From Candidatus Adlerbacteria bacterium (GTDB lineage: Bacteria > Patescibacteriota > Minisyncoccia > Phycocordibacterales > SBAW01), in assembly GCA_028286685.1 (NCBI GenBank), contig JAQBRA010000004.1:12898-76897 (forward strand): a stretch of DNA of 64,000 bases, in the 5' to 3' direction. Below are positions 27,651 through 37,272 of the stretch, one piece after another. Both the position numbers and the translations under genes were made by a program. The notes beneath the pieces are model-generated. The model had not been told where the DNA came from and ran no database searches. It saw nothing but the letters and a program-made list of their open reading frames with translations. How positions within the stretch are numbered: the stretch's first letter is position 1; each line of letters starts with the position of its first letter.

Positions 27651-29945
27651 ATGCGCACTATCGCCGGAACCATAGCGGCGGGGGAGCTTCACAATCCCGT
27701 CTATACTCTAGATTTTGCGGGCGGCGTCAATACCGGCATCGTGTCTGTCGCGCGCAACGATGCGCTGGCATGCGCCACGTATTGGGACGCAAGTGGCGTC
27801 CTGCGTACCGCGGCGGCTAATGTGCTCCGCTTGGATCATGATCCTAAGACGGGGGAGAACCTGGGTGCGCTTATAGAGGAGAGCCGCATCAATCGCCTTC
27901 TTTACAGCAACGACTACAGTCAGGCCTGGTGGACCAAGACAAACAGCTCTTTGGGTACGGCTATCGCGGGGCCGGACGGCACCGCAGGGAGCTTCAGGCT
28001 CCTTTTAGACGATGCAACGAACGGCGACCACCTGCTTGCGTCGACTTCCGTGGCTATTACAGCGGGGCATATTATTTGCGCCACCCTTTTAATAAAGCCT
28101 AAGGAGCATGCTGTCGTGCGGGTGCGCATCGCAAATGCCGCAGGGACTAACTATGTGGAGGACTGGTTTGACTGCACTCGGCAGATATTCGGGATGCCGA
28201 CCGCGGGCGGTACCGGATGGGCCATGAGCGAACACTCGTACCGCGAGGGGCCGAACGGCTCTTTCATACTGTATTTCCGCGTTACGACGGCCACCGATAC
28301 GACCGCTGTGCTCTCCTTTGGAGGCGTGCCGTCGCTGGAGACGACGACCTTTGCGGGCAATGCTGCCTCGGGCATGTATTTCTTCCACGCCGAGCTGCAG
28401 TCCGGCTCGGGCATCAACCTGTGTCCCTCGCTTATTGTCACGACCGGCGCCGCGCGCACGCGCTTGGCGGACCGCGTCACGCATGCAATGTCGGTGGTCC
28501 CCGGATACGACGGCCCCCAAGGCAGTATGACGGTCAAATACCGCAACATCGTGCGGACCGCTTCTTCGCAGATCATTAACCTGGCGCTTTCGGGCAATAC
28601 CACAAAGGGTCAGGTAGGCCTGGTGCTGGCAGCCAACTCCAACCAGGCCGAGACGGCTATCCGCAACGCCTCCGACGCGGTAGCGACCGCTATAAACGCC
28701 CGGGCCGGGGTCTTTGATGATTGGAACGTGGCCGGCGTGTCCTGGGTCAGCGGCCGGCACGAGATGGCCCTCAACGGGGCGGCAGCCTCTCCCGGGCCGC
28801 TTTTAAGCGCCATCGTCCCTCCTTCAACCGGAGCGCCGACCGCCTACTTGGGCCATGCCCGCACGGCCGCTACCGATACTTTGATGCTCAACGGCTGGAT
28901 AGCCGCGATCAAGTATTGGATTATCCCGCTCACCACCTCCGGGCTGCGCCGCGAGACGTCGCGCCTGTTTAATTACAGCCAGATACCGGGCACCTTCCGC
29001 AACGGGGTCAATTGCGCGGGCCTCGAGTACACCTCGACCGCGCAGCCGGGGACGCACAATGTCGACTACTTCGACACGCGGCAGGCGAGCTTTAGCTACT
29101 ATGCAAGCAAGATCCCGGGCGGCGTGGTGCGCGTGCCGTACCGCTGGGATCGGGCGCAGCCTGCCTTGGGCGGCGCGCTCGACGAGGCGTATTGCGCGCT
29201 TCTGGACGCCGCCTGCGCGCAGGCCCATACCGCGGGCATGGAAGTCATCCTCGATTGCCACAATTACTCCCAGTATCGCGGCAGCCTCGGCGGGTCGTTC
29301 CGCATAGGGGCTGCGGACAACACGGTAACCGTGGCGCACTTTGTCGATTTTTACGACCGGATGGCGCAGCGGTATGCGGGTGTGGACGGCTTCCTCGGGT
29401 TTGACCTTATGAACGAGCCCGGGCTCGTCGACAAGTTTACCCATGCCCGCATGATGCAGCGGGCCATAGACGCGGTGCGCACGCACGACACCGACTGCTA
29501 CCTGTTTATCGAGGCGCCCTTTGCCACACCCACCACGACCTTCCCGTACGACAACCGCGCCTGCTACCTTAATGACCCGTCAAGCAAGCTGGTGTACTCG
29601 GCGCACCACTACTACGACAACCCGGCTTCAGGCGTGTATGCGGGCTCCTTTGCGGCAGAGTTGGCGTATCCGATGCGCGCCCGCGACCGTCTCGTGCCGT
29701 TCCTGCGCTACCTGCTGTCTAAGAACGCGCGTGGCCATATCGGGGAGACGGGCTTTCCGGCGACCGAGGAGTGGCCTGCAATCGCGTACAATTTTGCGGC
29801 GCTGTGCAAGCAAGCCAACCTCATGATGAGCTGGTGGCAGGCCGGCCGCGCCGTGTCGGGGACCGACCCCTTGAGCCTTGAGCCGGCCGATATCAATAGT
29901 CCCGTCGATCGCGTGCACTGGGCGACCATCTCGCATTTCCAATAA
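27651..29945 (+). CDS. Phage head-spike/tail-fibre-like and LamG-like domains fused to a GH5 glycoside hydrolase
   Basis: N-terminal ATYWDASGVLR..RLDHDP..GALIEESRINRL fibre motif; C-terminal GVNCAGLEY, RVPYRW, ILDCHNY, DLMNEP (acid/base), AHHYYD, IGETG (nucleophile). Confidence 0.8.
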   Translation: MRTIAGTIAAGELHNPVYTLDFAGGVNTGIVSVARNDALACATYWDASGVLRTAAANVLRLDHDPKTGENLGALIEESRINRLLYSNDYSQAWWTKTNSSLGTAIAGPDGTAGSFRLLLDDATNGDHLLASTSVAITAGHIICATLLIKPKEHAVVRVRIANAAGTNYVEDWFDCTRQIFGMPTAGGTGWAMSEHSYREGPNGSFILYFRVTTATDTTAVLSFGGVPSLETTTFAGNAASGMYFFHAELQSGSGINLCPSLIVTTGAARTRLADRVTHAMSVVPGYDGPQGSMTVKYRNIVRTASSQIINLALSGNTTKGQVGLVLAANSNQAETAIRNASDAVATAINARAGVFDDWNVAGVSWVSGRHEMALNGAAASPGPLLSAIVPPSTGAPTAYLGHARTAATDTLMLNGWIAAIKYWIIPLTTSGLRRETSRLFNYSQIPGTFRNGVNCAGLEYTSTAQPGTHNVDYFDTRQASFSYYASKIPGGVVRVPYRWDRAQPALGGALDEAYCALLDAACAQAHTAGMEVILDCHNYSQYRGSLGGSFRIGAADNTVTVAHFVDFYDRMAQRYAGVDGFLGFDLMNEPGLVDKFTHARMMQRAIDAVRTHDTDCYLFIEAPFATPTTTFPYDNRACYLNDPSSKLVYSAHHYYDNPASGVYAGSFAAELAYPMRARDRLVPFLRYLLSKNARGHIGETGFPATEEWPAIAYNFAALCKQANLMMSWWQAGRAVSGTDPLSLEPADINSPVDRVHWATISHFQ

Positions 29946-29985
29946 AAATGCCCTTCAATGGGTGCATGTGTTATAATCTGCGCAT

Positions 29986-31200
29986 ATGAATAGCAGCAAA
30001 CTGAAGGCTCTGGGCGTGTTTTTAGTCGTGGCGCTGGCGTTCGGATTCGGCATGTACGCCGGAGTATCCGAGCGCGTCTCGGGTCTGGTATCCGCGCAGA
30101 CGGTAAGCGGCGTCCAGCCGGCTAATGTTGATTTTGCAAAGTTTTGGCAGGCCTGGTCGCTGCTCCAAAATAACTTCGTCGAAACGCACGCGTCATCTTC
30201 GGTCCCTTCGGACAACGAAAAGCTCTACGGCGCCATAAAAGGACTGACCGAGTCCTATGGCGATCCGTACACGACCTTTTTCCCGCCCGTAGAGGCAAAG
30301 CAGTTTGCCGAAGCTATCAGCGGCTCGTTTGGCGGCGTTGGCATGGAAATGGGCGACAAGGATGGCGCCATTGTCGTCATTGCGCCGCTTAAGAACTCTC
30401 CGGCCGAGCGGGCAGGCATACTGACCGGCGACGCCGTCATAATGGTAGACGCTACCTCGACCGCAGGCTTGTCGGTCGATGACGCGGTCAAGCTTATCCG
30501 CGGCCCCAAAGGCGAGAGCGTCAAGCTTACCCTCAAGCGCCCCGGAGTAGACGATCCGATTGTCGTCAATATCGTGCGCGACACCATAAGCATCCCGCTC
30601 ATCGTTTCCTCTGACAAGAACGGCGTCTTTACTATCGAGTTGTACAGCTTCTCGCAGAACTCGGGCGAGCTGTTCCGTCAGGAACTGCGCAAATTCATCC
30701 AGTCGGGCGATAGCAAGCTTATCTTGGACCTGCGCGGCAATCCGGGCGGCTATCTCGAAGCCGCGGTCCAGATGGCGAGCTTCTTCCTGCCGGTGGGCGA
30801 AACGGTAGTTACCGAGGACTACAAGGGCAAGCAGGAGAATATCGTGCACCGCTCGCTCGGCTATAACGTATTCGCCAAGAAAAAGATCTCCATGGTCGTC
30901 CTGGCTAACCAGGGCTCGGCCTCCGCTTCGGAAATCTTGGCGGGTGCCCTACAGCAGCATGGCGTTGCCAAGCTGGTAGGCACGCGCACCTTCGGCAAGG
31001 GCTCGGTCCAGCAGCTCTTGGAGCTTGGCGGCGGCGCCGAGCTTAAGGTGACCGTGGCGCGCTGGCTGACCCCTAACGGCACGTCTATTTCTGACGGCGG
31101 CCTTACCCCCGATATTGAAGCCGCCCGCACCAAGGAGGACGTTGAGGCCGGCCGCGATCCTCAAATGGACGCCGCGCTCAAATGGCTCGCCAAGCAGTAA
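29986..31200 (+). CDS. ctpA: C-terminal processing S41 peptidase (CtpA-like)
   Basis: DPYT, PDZ domain, DLRGNPGG, SASASEI, TFGKGSVQ. Confidence 0.93.
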   Translation: MNSSKLKALGVFLVVALAFGFGMYAGVSERVSGLVSAQTVSGVQPANVDFAKFWQAWSLLQNNFVETHASSSVPSDNEKLYGAIKGLTESYGDPYTTFFPPVEAKQFAEAISGSFGGVGMEMGDKDGAIVVIAPLKNSPAERAGILTGDAVIMVDATSTAGLSVDDAVKLIRGPKGESVKLTLKRPGVDDPIVVNIVRDTISIPLIVSSDKNGVFTIELYSFSQNSGELFRQELRKFIQSGDSKLILDLRGNPGGYLEAAVQMASFFLPVGETVVTEDYKGKQENIVHRSLGYNVFAKKKISMVVLANQGSASASEILAGALQQHGVAKLVGTRTFGKGSVQQLLELGGGAELKVTVARWLTPNGTSISDGGLTPDIEAARTKEDVEAGRDPQMDAALKWLAKQ

Positions 31201-31222
31201 AATCAGGAGTATATTGTGGCGT

Positions 31223-31669
31223 ATGAAAGTAATCCTGCAAAAAGACATACGGGGCTTGGGACGCGCCCATGAGATAAAAGACGTGGCTGACGGCTACGCG
31301 CTTAACTTTCTCTTGCCGCATAAGTACGCGGTAGCCGCAACCCCGGAGAAGCTCAAGGAGGTAGAGGCAGGCCGCGCCGCCCGCGAGGCCGCAGAGCAAA
31401 AAGAGGAGGCCGCCCTGGTTTCCAAGCTCGACTCGCTTAACGGCAAGTCGGTAACGGTTTCGGCTCGCGCCACGGAGAAGGGCGGCCTCTTTAAGGCTAT
31501 TACTGCCGCAGACATTGCCAAGGCGATCCGCAGCGAGCAGAGCCTTGAAATTCTCGAGAGTGCCATTGAACTTCCGGCACCGGTAAAGACAGTGGGGGAG
31601 CATAAGGCTATCCTTTCCAGCAAGACTAAGAAGGCCGAGCTTTTGGTAGTCGTGGCGGCGGTTAAGTAG
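31223..31669 (+). CDS. rplI: 50S ribosomal protein L9
   Basis: MKVILQKDIRGLG....VADGYALNFLLP. Confidence 0.95.
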   Translation: MKVILQKDIRGLGRAHEIKDVADGYALNFLLPHKYAVAATPEKLKEVEAGRAAREAAEQKEEAALVSKLDSLNGKSVTVSARATEKGGLFKAITAADIAKAIRSEQSLEILESAIELPAPVKTVGEHKAILSSKTKKAELLVVVAAVK

Positions 31670-31719
31670 TAGCGGAAGCCTTCATGGTTCTTTTAGAGTG
31701 TAAAAGGTACGATAAGAGT

Positions 31720-32061
31720 ATGAAATTTTTAACGATTGGTTTCCTTGCTCTCGCCGCAGCAGTATTTGTATTTCCAGCAGGGGCAGAAGCGCGCCAGCAG
31801 TTTGGCGGCTTTGGCAGCATCAATATCAATAACAACATACCGTCTTACCAGAGCTATCCCAGCTACCCGGCCTACAACCCGGGCAACTCGTGCGGACGAC
31901 GCTGCGGCTCTTCCTATCAGTACCAGCAGCCAACTTACTACCAGTACCCTTCGTACTCGTACCAGTCTTCTTACTATCAGCCGATGTACTACCAGCCGTA
32001 CTCCTACTCTTATTCGTCTTCCTATTACTCGAGCAGCAACTCAAGCTGGTGGAGCTGGTAA
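31720..32061 (+). CDS. Secreted Tyr/Ser/Gln-rich low-complexity protein
   Basis: Signal peptide (AEA cleavage) followed by YQ/YS/YP repeats ending SSWWSW. Confidence 0.65.
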   Translation: MKFLTIGFLALAAAVFVFPAGAEARQQFGGFGSININNNIPSYQSYPSYPAYNPGNSCGRRCGSSYQYQQPTYYQYPSYSYQSSYYQPMYYQPYSYSYSSSYYSSSNSSWWSW

Positions 32062-32080
32062 TTAAGCGCATTTAGGCATT

Positions 32081-32111
32081 AAAAAATCCCCTCAAGTTGA
32101 GGGGATTTTTT
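32081..32111. terminator. Bidirectional intrinsic terminator
   Basis: aaaaaatcccctcaa-g-ttgaggggatttttt. Confidence 0.8.
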
Positions 32112-32122
32112 AGAGGAGAAGC

Positions 32123-32404
32123 TTATTGCTTGGCGGTAACGTCGACGGCGTTGCGGACTTTCATGCGGCCGTCAAAGCGGACCTTGCGCTGGGGGCGGAA
32201 GGAGACGATGCCGTCTACGAGGGCAAAGAGGGTGTGGTCCTTGCCGAGGCCGACGTTCTTGCCCGGGAGCATGCGGGTGCCGCGCTGGCGGACAATAATA
32301 GCGCCCGCCTGGGCTACCTCGCCTGCATAGAGCTTAACGCCCAAATACTTTGCATTTGAGTCGTTTAGGTTTTTAGCTGTGCCGCCCGCTTTTTTACTTG
32401 CCAT
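32123..32404 (-). CDS. rpmA: 50S ribosomal protein L27
   Basis: [29 protein letters not shown]. Confidence 0.96.
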   Translation of the reverse strand: MASKKAGGTAKNLNDSNAKYLGVKLYAGEVAQAGAIIVRQRGTRMLPGKNVGLGKDHTLFALVDGIVSFRPQRKVRFDGRMKVRNAVDVTAKQ

Positions 32405-32420
32405 ACAGTATAATTGGTGT

Positions 32421-32816
32421 GTGCCTATAGTACCAAAAGAGGCCTTATTCCGCAAGCTGGAGCCTTATCTAGTCCCGGCAATAGTGGTTTTGGTGGGGGT
32501 AGGGGCCTTTGGCTTGGGCCGCCTCTCGGCGGACTCCCGAGAGTCGACCGCCCTGCGCATTATCTATCCCAATGCCCAGCTGGCCACCCCGGTGGCCGCA
32601 GGAGGCGTTCCAGAGACCGCCCAGGCCGCATCTCTGCCAGCCGAGTTGGGGCAGGGGAGCGGCCCTTATGTCGCCTCTAAAAACGGTACCAAATACTACC
32701 TAACCACCTGCTCGGGTGCCGGCCGGATCAAGCAAGAAAACAAGGTATACTTCGTCTCAGTACAGGAGGCAGAGGCGGCGGGCTTCGGCCCGGCCGCCAA
32801 CTGCCCCGGCCTCTAA
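32421..32816 (+). CDS. Membrane-anchored protein with a C-terminal Ada-like metal-binding domain
   Basis: [12 protein letters not shown]...RIK.EN..YF....AEAAGF..A.NC; GTG start 6 nt after TATAAT. Confidence 0.75.
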   Translation: MPIVPKEALFRKLEPYLVPAIVVLVGVGAFGLGRLSADSRESTALRIIYPNAQLATPVAAGGVPETAQAASLPAELGQGSGPYVASKNGTKYYLTTCSGAGRIKQENKVYFVSVQEAEAAGFGPAANCPGL

Positions 32817-32821
32817 TCCTC

Positions 32822-33091
32822 GTGAAATCTAAAATCAAGAAAAAGCTCAAGCGTGTCTTTATCGTCACGCTTGGCGTGCTATTTATTATCGTCGGGCTCC
32901 TGGGCCTGGTCCTGCCGCTCTTGCAGGGCTGGTTTTTCCTGGCCATAGGCGGCTTGCTGCTTTCCATGTACTCGCCGGGCATCCGCACCTGGATGGACCG
33001 CCACACTATCAAGTACCCCAAGCTCCATGCCTTTGTTCAGCGGGCCCACACTTGGACCGAGCGCGTATTCGGCGCTCCTGAGGTAGACTAA
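32822..33091 (+). CDS. PGPGW-like small membrane protein
   Basis: GLVLPLLQGWFFLAIG..LLS helical hairpin. Confidence 0.7.
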   Translation: MKSKIKKKLKRVFIVTLGVLFIIVGLLGLVLPLLQGWFFLAIGGLLLSMYSPGIRTWMDRHTIKYPKLHAFVQRAHTWTERVFGAPEVD

Positions 33092-33095
33092 GGGC

Positions 33096-33695
33096 ATGAT
33101 AGCCATAGACGTAGAGGCATCCGGCATCGGCCCTGACACGCATTCCATAGTGTCGGTTGGGGCCATAGACATGGATCAGCCCTCCCGCCAGTTTTATGAG
33201 GAGTGCCGCGTATGGGAGGGTGCGCATATAAACGACGAGGCGCTTGCGGTAAACGGATTTTCCAAAGAAGAGATTACCGACCCCGGCAAGCAGTCCGAGG
33301 CCGACCTGGCGCATAAGTTTGCCGCGTGGGCCGAGGCTTCTGCGGACCGCACCCTGGCCGGGCAGAATGTCTCCTTTGACCGCGACATACTAGAAGCCGC
33401 TGCGCGCCGCGCCGGGCACACCGAGTGGCCGTTTGCCCACCGCACCATAGACGTCCACAGCCTGGCCTGGATGCACCAGGTTAAAAGGGGACTGACTCCC
33501 CCGGTTGATCCGGAAAAGAAGCGCTCGGCCCTTAACTTGGACGCTATCCTTTTGTACTGCGGCATCCCCGAGGAGCCCAAGCCCCATAACGCGCTGACGG
33601 GCGCCAAGTGCCATGCAGAGACCATCTCGCGCCTCCTCTATGACAAAAAGCTCCTTCCGGAGTTCGAGCAGTTTGAAATACCCTGGCTGAGCTAA
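33096..33695 (+). CDS. DEDDh 3'-5' exonuclease
   Basis: IDVEASG, GQNVSFD, HNALTGA. Confidence 0.88.
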   Translation: MIAIDVEASGIGPDTHSIVSVGAIDMDQPSRQFYEECRVWEGAHINDEALAVNGFSKEEITDPGKQSEADLAHKFAAWAEASADRTLAGQNVSFDRDILEAAARRAGHTEWPFAHRTIDVHSLAWMHQVKRGLTPPVDPEKKRSALNLDAILLYCGIPEEPKPHNALTGAKCHAETISRLLYDKKLLPEFEQFEIPWLS

Positions 33696-33699
33696 TTTG

Positions 33700-33770
33700 T
33701 CGGGCCGCCGGGAATTGAACCCGGTCTACATGCACCCCATGCATGTGTACTGCCGGTATACTACGGCCCG
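33700..33770 (-). tRNA. tRNA-Pro (anticodon GGG)
   Basis: Minus strand cgggccg...cggcccga; anticodon arm catgc-atGGGgt-gcatg; T-arm ccgggTTCAATTcccgg. Confidence 0.9.
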
Positions 33771-33853
33771 TTTCTGTCTTCTAGCTTTACTACCATACCG
33801 TATTTTGGTACGTTTGTGCCAGCAGTTTAGTCCTTTGCAGTGGGAGAGACACA

Positions 33854-34126
33854 ATGGCCAATGGAGACCGGTGCGTCCACTGCGACCTGCAGGAGACACA
33901 GCACGACCATCCTTACTATGCCCCTGAAGGGGTAAGTCCTTGCGGCATGTTCGAAAGTCCCGTTAAGCACGAGAAAGAGTGCCCTATAATCGGGTGCAAT
34001 GGCGATTGCCAGGAGACTTTGGCCGAAAGGGCCTGGAAGGCCCAGGTGGCAGAGAACCGGCTCCGCAATTCCTGGTATATGGACCCCCGAACGGGAAATA
34101 TTGTCTTAGTCGACATGAGCGATTGA
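33854..34126 (+). CDS. Small Cys/His-rich hypothetical protein
   Basis: CVHC..H..C..F and CP..C..C; GGGAG SD. Confidence 0.55.
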   Translation: MANGDRCVHCDLQETQHDHPYYAPEGVSPCGMFESPVKHEKECPIIGCNGDCQETLAERAWKAQVAENRLRNSWYMDPRTGNIVLVDMSD

Positions 34127-34353
34127 GCAAAATCGCCAATTGAAATCACCACTCTCAAAATACGTTGTCAAATAAGGGGTTCTTGGCACAGCCAAGGCCC
34201 CGTTTATTTTTGTCAAGCAAAGTGCTTGCAGCCCTTGACAAGAAAATGGTACTATGTTCTTAACCCCAGAGCTTTCGAGCCCTGGGGACTTTTCGTGCCT
34301 GGGTAGTCGCCTAGGCACTGTGCATTACTACATAACCCCACGCAACCTATTAC

Positions 34354-34800
34354 ATGCCTGTTATCGCTGGTTTCGCCATTGCGCTCTCTGCGGCCGTAAG
34401 CAACGGTGCCGCAGTTGCGCCTCAGACCCAACCGACGGTAGCTATAACGCTCCCGGCCGCCATGCCCCAGTCCCAGTCCGTCGAGCAGTACATCCGCGAG
34501 TACTTTTCCGACGAGCCTGTCATGATCGAGATAGCCAAGTGCGAATCGCGCTTCCGCCAGTACGGCCAGGACGGCCACGTGCTGCGCAACGGATCAGGCA
34601 GCTCTGCCGTGGGCGTCTTCCAGGTCATGGGCTCGATCCATGCCAAGTTCGCCGACGACAAGCTCGGCCTGGACATTTACAGCCTCCAGGGCAACGCCGC
34701 ATACGCCCGCTACTTGTACGACCGCGAGGGCACCATGCCGTGGGCCGCTTCGGCCGGCTGCTGGAACAAGTCCGGCAAGCTCCTTGCCCGCGCCCAATAA
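34354..34800 (+). CDS. Secreted lytic-transglycosylase-like (lysozyme fold) protein
   Basis: Signal peptide; IAKCES, SSAVGVFQ, GNAAYA..LY...G..PW. Confidence 0.8.
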   Translation: MPVIAGFAIALSAAVSNGAAVAPQTQPTVAITLPAAMPQSQSVEQYIREYFSDEPVMIEIAKCESRFRQYGQDGHVLRNGSGSSAVGVFQVMGSIHAKFADDKLGLDIYSLQGNAAYARYLYDREGTMPWAASAGCWNKSGKLLARAQ

Positions 34801-34914
34801 AACTTAAAATAGTGGGGAAGTGGTCCCCTAGCAAAACCCGCCCAGATTGGGCGGGTTTTGTGTTGGATGAAGAAACAGAATCGCCCGAAAGGTCAGGCGA
34901 CCTGTCGGGCGATA

Positions 34915-35193
34915 TTAGTTTAGATGCCGCTTGCGTTCCTGGCTTTCTCTGAGGAGCGTGCGCATGGAGTCGACTTCTTCGGCCGTTAAGTCCAGCCGTT
35001 CGATATACAGGTCAGCTTGCTCGCGAGTAATTTTGTTCTCGTCAACCCAGCCATCGAGTATGCCCAGCAACGAGCACTTAACGAGCATTTCGGTTTTTTC
35101 TTCAGATAAGGCAAGAAGTCGCCCTTCCCCCACAATGCCTTTGACAGAAAGCTCTCTTATAAGAGCCATTATCTTTGGCGATAGCTGAACCAT
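34915..35193 (-). CDS. Hypothetical protein
   Basis: GAGGAG SD; TTGACT at 35261-35256. Confidence 0.55.
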   Translation of the reverse strand: MVQLSPKIMALIRELSVKGIVGEGRLLALSEEKTEMLVKCSLLGILDGWVDENKITREQADLYIERLDLTAEEVDSMRTLLRESQERKRHLN

Positions 35194-35473
35194 CCTTGCT
35201 CTCCTCAAGGTAAGTAGAAAGAATCTATAAATCAAAATACCTGAAATATATAGAAAGTCAAGTAGGGAAGTGACTCCCCCAGCTTCCCGAGAAAATATCG
35301 GCAAGACCCCCCTGAGCCTTTAGTATCAACAGTTCTCGGTTAGGGGAGCTGGGCATCTCGGCTAGCCAGAGTAGCCATATAAAGCCCGCTGTAAGCCCGT
35401 ATAAGGCGGCGGGAGAGGCGGATAGATACAAGAGGACCCAAGGCCGGGCCCCCTCCAGCTTCTCCCTATATAA

Positions 35474-35501
35474 GGGACGCAAAAGATATATTGTGCGACA
35501 C
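35474..35501. other. Putative dif (Xer recombination) site at the replication terminus
   Basis: GGGACGCAAAA-GATATA-TTGTGCGACAC: 11-6-11 imperfect palindrome whose arms resemble the XerC arm GGTGCGCATAA; GGGNAGGG polarity switches here. Confidence 0.65.
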
Positions 35502-35624
35502 ATCTTGCACTGATTCCCGATCGAATACGGACCAGTCAAAATGTGAAACTTTTCCACGCCCCCACCCTGCTGGCGGCCCGGCTGAAAAAGTTTTGGATCG
35601 TCGCACGTTCTATCTCAGATAATT

Positions 35625-36236
35625 ATGTTAAAAAACGGTCCGGAGACCCCTCCCCCGAAAATTGAGATTCAGGAGGGAAGTGCTATTATTTTAGACGTGA
35701 AGCATCAGGACCTGAGGGACAAAATTGATGGCGCTTTTCTCAAGAAAGAATACTTGGAGTCATTCCTCATGCAGAGTGCCTATTTTGAAGCGGTTCTCAA
35801 GTATTTCCTTGAGTTCGTGCATTTCAAGATTATCTATGCTGAAAATGAAAACAAAGAGCATAAGCTAGTAGATATTCTCCAGAATAAGGTCGGCCGCTAT
35901 TCCCTCTTTGAGGTGATAACGATGCTTCGGGATTCCGAAGAGGTTTCCAAATCGGAAGCAGACGAACTGAATAAGTACAGAGAGAAGCGCAATAAAGTTC
36001 TCCATTCTTTGTTCGACGAAATGATGGGCCGAGAAGAGTTCGAAGAAAACCTTAAAAAGGTTGTCGAGTCTGGAAAAGTTATCGCCGAAACTAAGTGGTT
36101 TAAGTCCTTAGTTGAAGGCGTTGAAGATCTCGAAAAGATGTACGAACGTGGAAGATTAAAGAAAGAAAACATGCCGCCTAAGCAAACTGAGCCTCAGAAA
36201 TCCGGAGAGCAGCCTCCTTCCCCTGCTATAAACTAA
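35625..36236 (+). CDS. All-alpha protein with an RxxxxH motif, putative HEPN domain
   Basis: AYFEAVLK N-terminal helix and RNKVLH motif; AT-rich. Confidence 0.55.
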   Translation: MLKNGPETPPPKIEIQEGSAIILDVKHQDLRDKIDGAFLKKEYLESFLMQSAYFEAVLKYFLEFVHFKIIYAENENKEHKLVDILQNKVGRYSLFEVITMLRDSEEVSKSEADELNKYREKRNKVLHSLFDEMMGREEFEENLKKVVESGKVIAETKWFKSLVEGVEDLEKMYERGRLKKENMPPKQTEPQKSGEQPPSPAIN

Positions 36237-36282
36237 TTATGTATACTATCCGTATGTAACCCATAAGCCGTGCGCCACAACC

Positions 36283-36393
36283 ATCACCTTGCGACCAGAG
36301 TCCTGCTACGGGCTCTGATCACTCGCAAGGTGAGTCAGGGTTCCGTAGTGGGACTTTGGTATTAAAAACTAGACGTAGCAGATCACCTTGCGA
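36283..36393 (+). ncRNA. Structured leader: long hairpin flanked by two copies of a loop-complementary sequence
   Basis: atcaccttgcga at 36283 and 36382, each complementary to tcgcaaggtga at 36323; stem 36294-36318 / 36335-36360 with G-U pairs. Confidence 0.55.
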
Positions 36394-37109
36394 TGTTCTC
36401 ACAACTTAAGAGGCGGGTAAGTATTACCCCCTCACCCTTTCCCATACCAGTGGACGGCATGTGGCTCTTCGGGGCCCTGCCCCAGCACATAAGGCACGGC
36501 TACGACGAGAAGAGCACGATTGCCTACTTCCGCCGCCATATTAAGCCTGCCACCGTGTTTATAGACATCGGAGCGAACTACGGCTACTTCACGGTCCTTG
36601 CAGGCAAGCTGGGGGCTACCGTAGAAACCTTCGAACCCGACAAGACTTCTTTCCGCAGAACCTCGTGGAATGTCCGCCTCAATGGCCTTTCCCGTAAAGT
36701 TACCCTGCATAACACCGCAGTGTCAGACACAAGCGGAGTTGCCACGTTCTATATCGACAAGCCCGGATCGGGACTCAATTCCCTGGTTCCAGGGGTTCTC
36801 AAGAATGCCAAGGAAACGCGCGTCACAATCGAGCCGTACGAGGGGTACTACGACTTCTGCAAGATAGACGTGGAGGGCGCGGAGCTTCAGGTCCTCAAAG
36901 GACTGCGCCATAAGGGGATTGTCGTAGCGGAGTTCTGCCCCTCGCGACTGGATGAGATGGGGCTGGGAGCCCGGACCTTTCTCCAGGAAGTGCGCACAAT
37001 GGGGTGGAAAGTCTACAGTATGGACGAAGTGGAGCTGACTGACCAAGAAGCTATCAACCTGGCCGCCCTAGAATATCGGGATACTATCAATCTTTTGCTT
37101 ATTCCCTAA
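36393..37109 (+). CDS. FkbM-family SAM-dependent methyltransferase
   Basis: FIDIGANYGYF, FEP, AVSD, KIDVEGAELQVLKG. Confidence 0.9.
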   Translation: MFSQLKRRVSITPSPFPIPVDGMWLFGALPQHIRHGYDEKSTIAYFRRHIKPATVFIDIGANYGYFTVLAGKLGATVETFEPDKTSFRRTSWNVRLNGLSRKVTLHNTAVSDTSGVATFYIDKPGSGLNSLVPGVLKNAKETRVTIEPYEGYYDFCKIDVEGAELQVLKGLRHKGIVVAEFCPSRLDEMGLGARTFLQEVRTMGWKVYSMDEVELTDQEAINLAALEYRDTINLLLIP

Positions 37110-37272
37110 GCCCCATGAAGCGCCACTGGTACCGCTCCTCAGCAGAGATACCGCCTGCCCTGCCCCGCTCTCCGGGGAGACGGGGGCCAGGAAAGAAGAC
37201 GATCATCCTGTGGGAGGAAGGGAGAGACGGTCCCCGAGCATACAACAAGGCCCCCTAGTGGGGGCTTTTGTT

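Noticed and set aside
27651-29945. Prophage
   Set aside because: Only one fibre-like domain; no terminase, capsid, portal or integrase in the window.
34915-35193. Resemblance of ITREQADLYIERLDLTAEEVDSMR to SciP/DUF1153 (CtrA inhibitor)
   Set aside because: The similarity is a few residues by eye and the conserved RW...RKA motif is absent; it needs HHpred before any claim.
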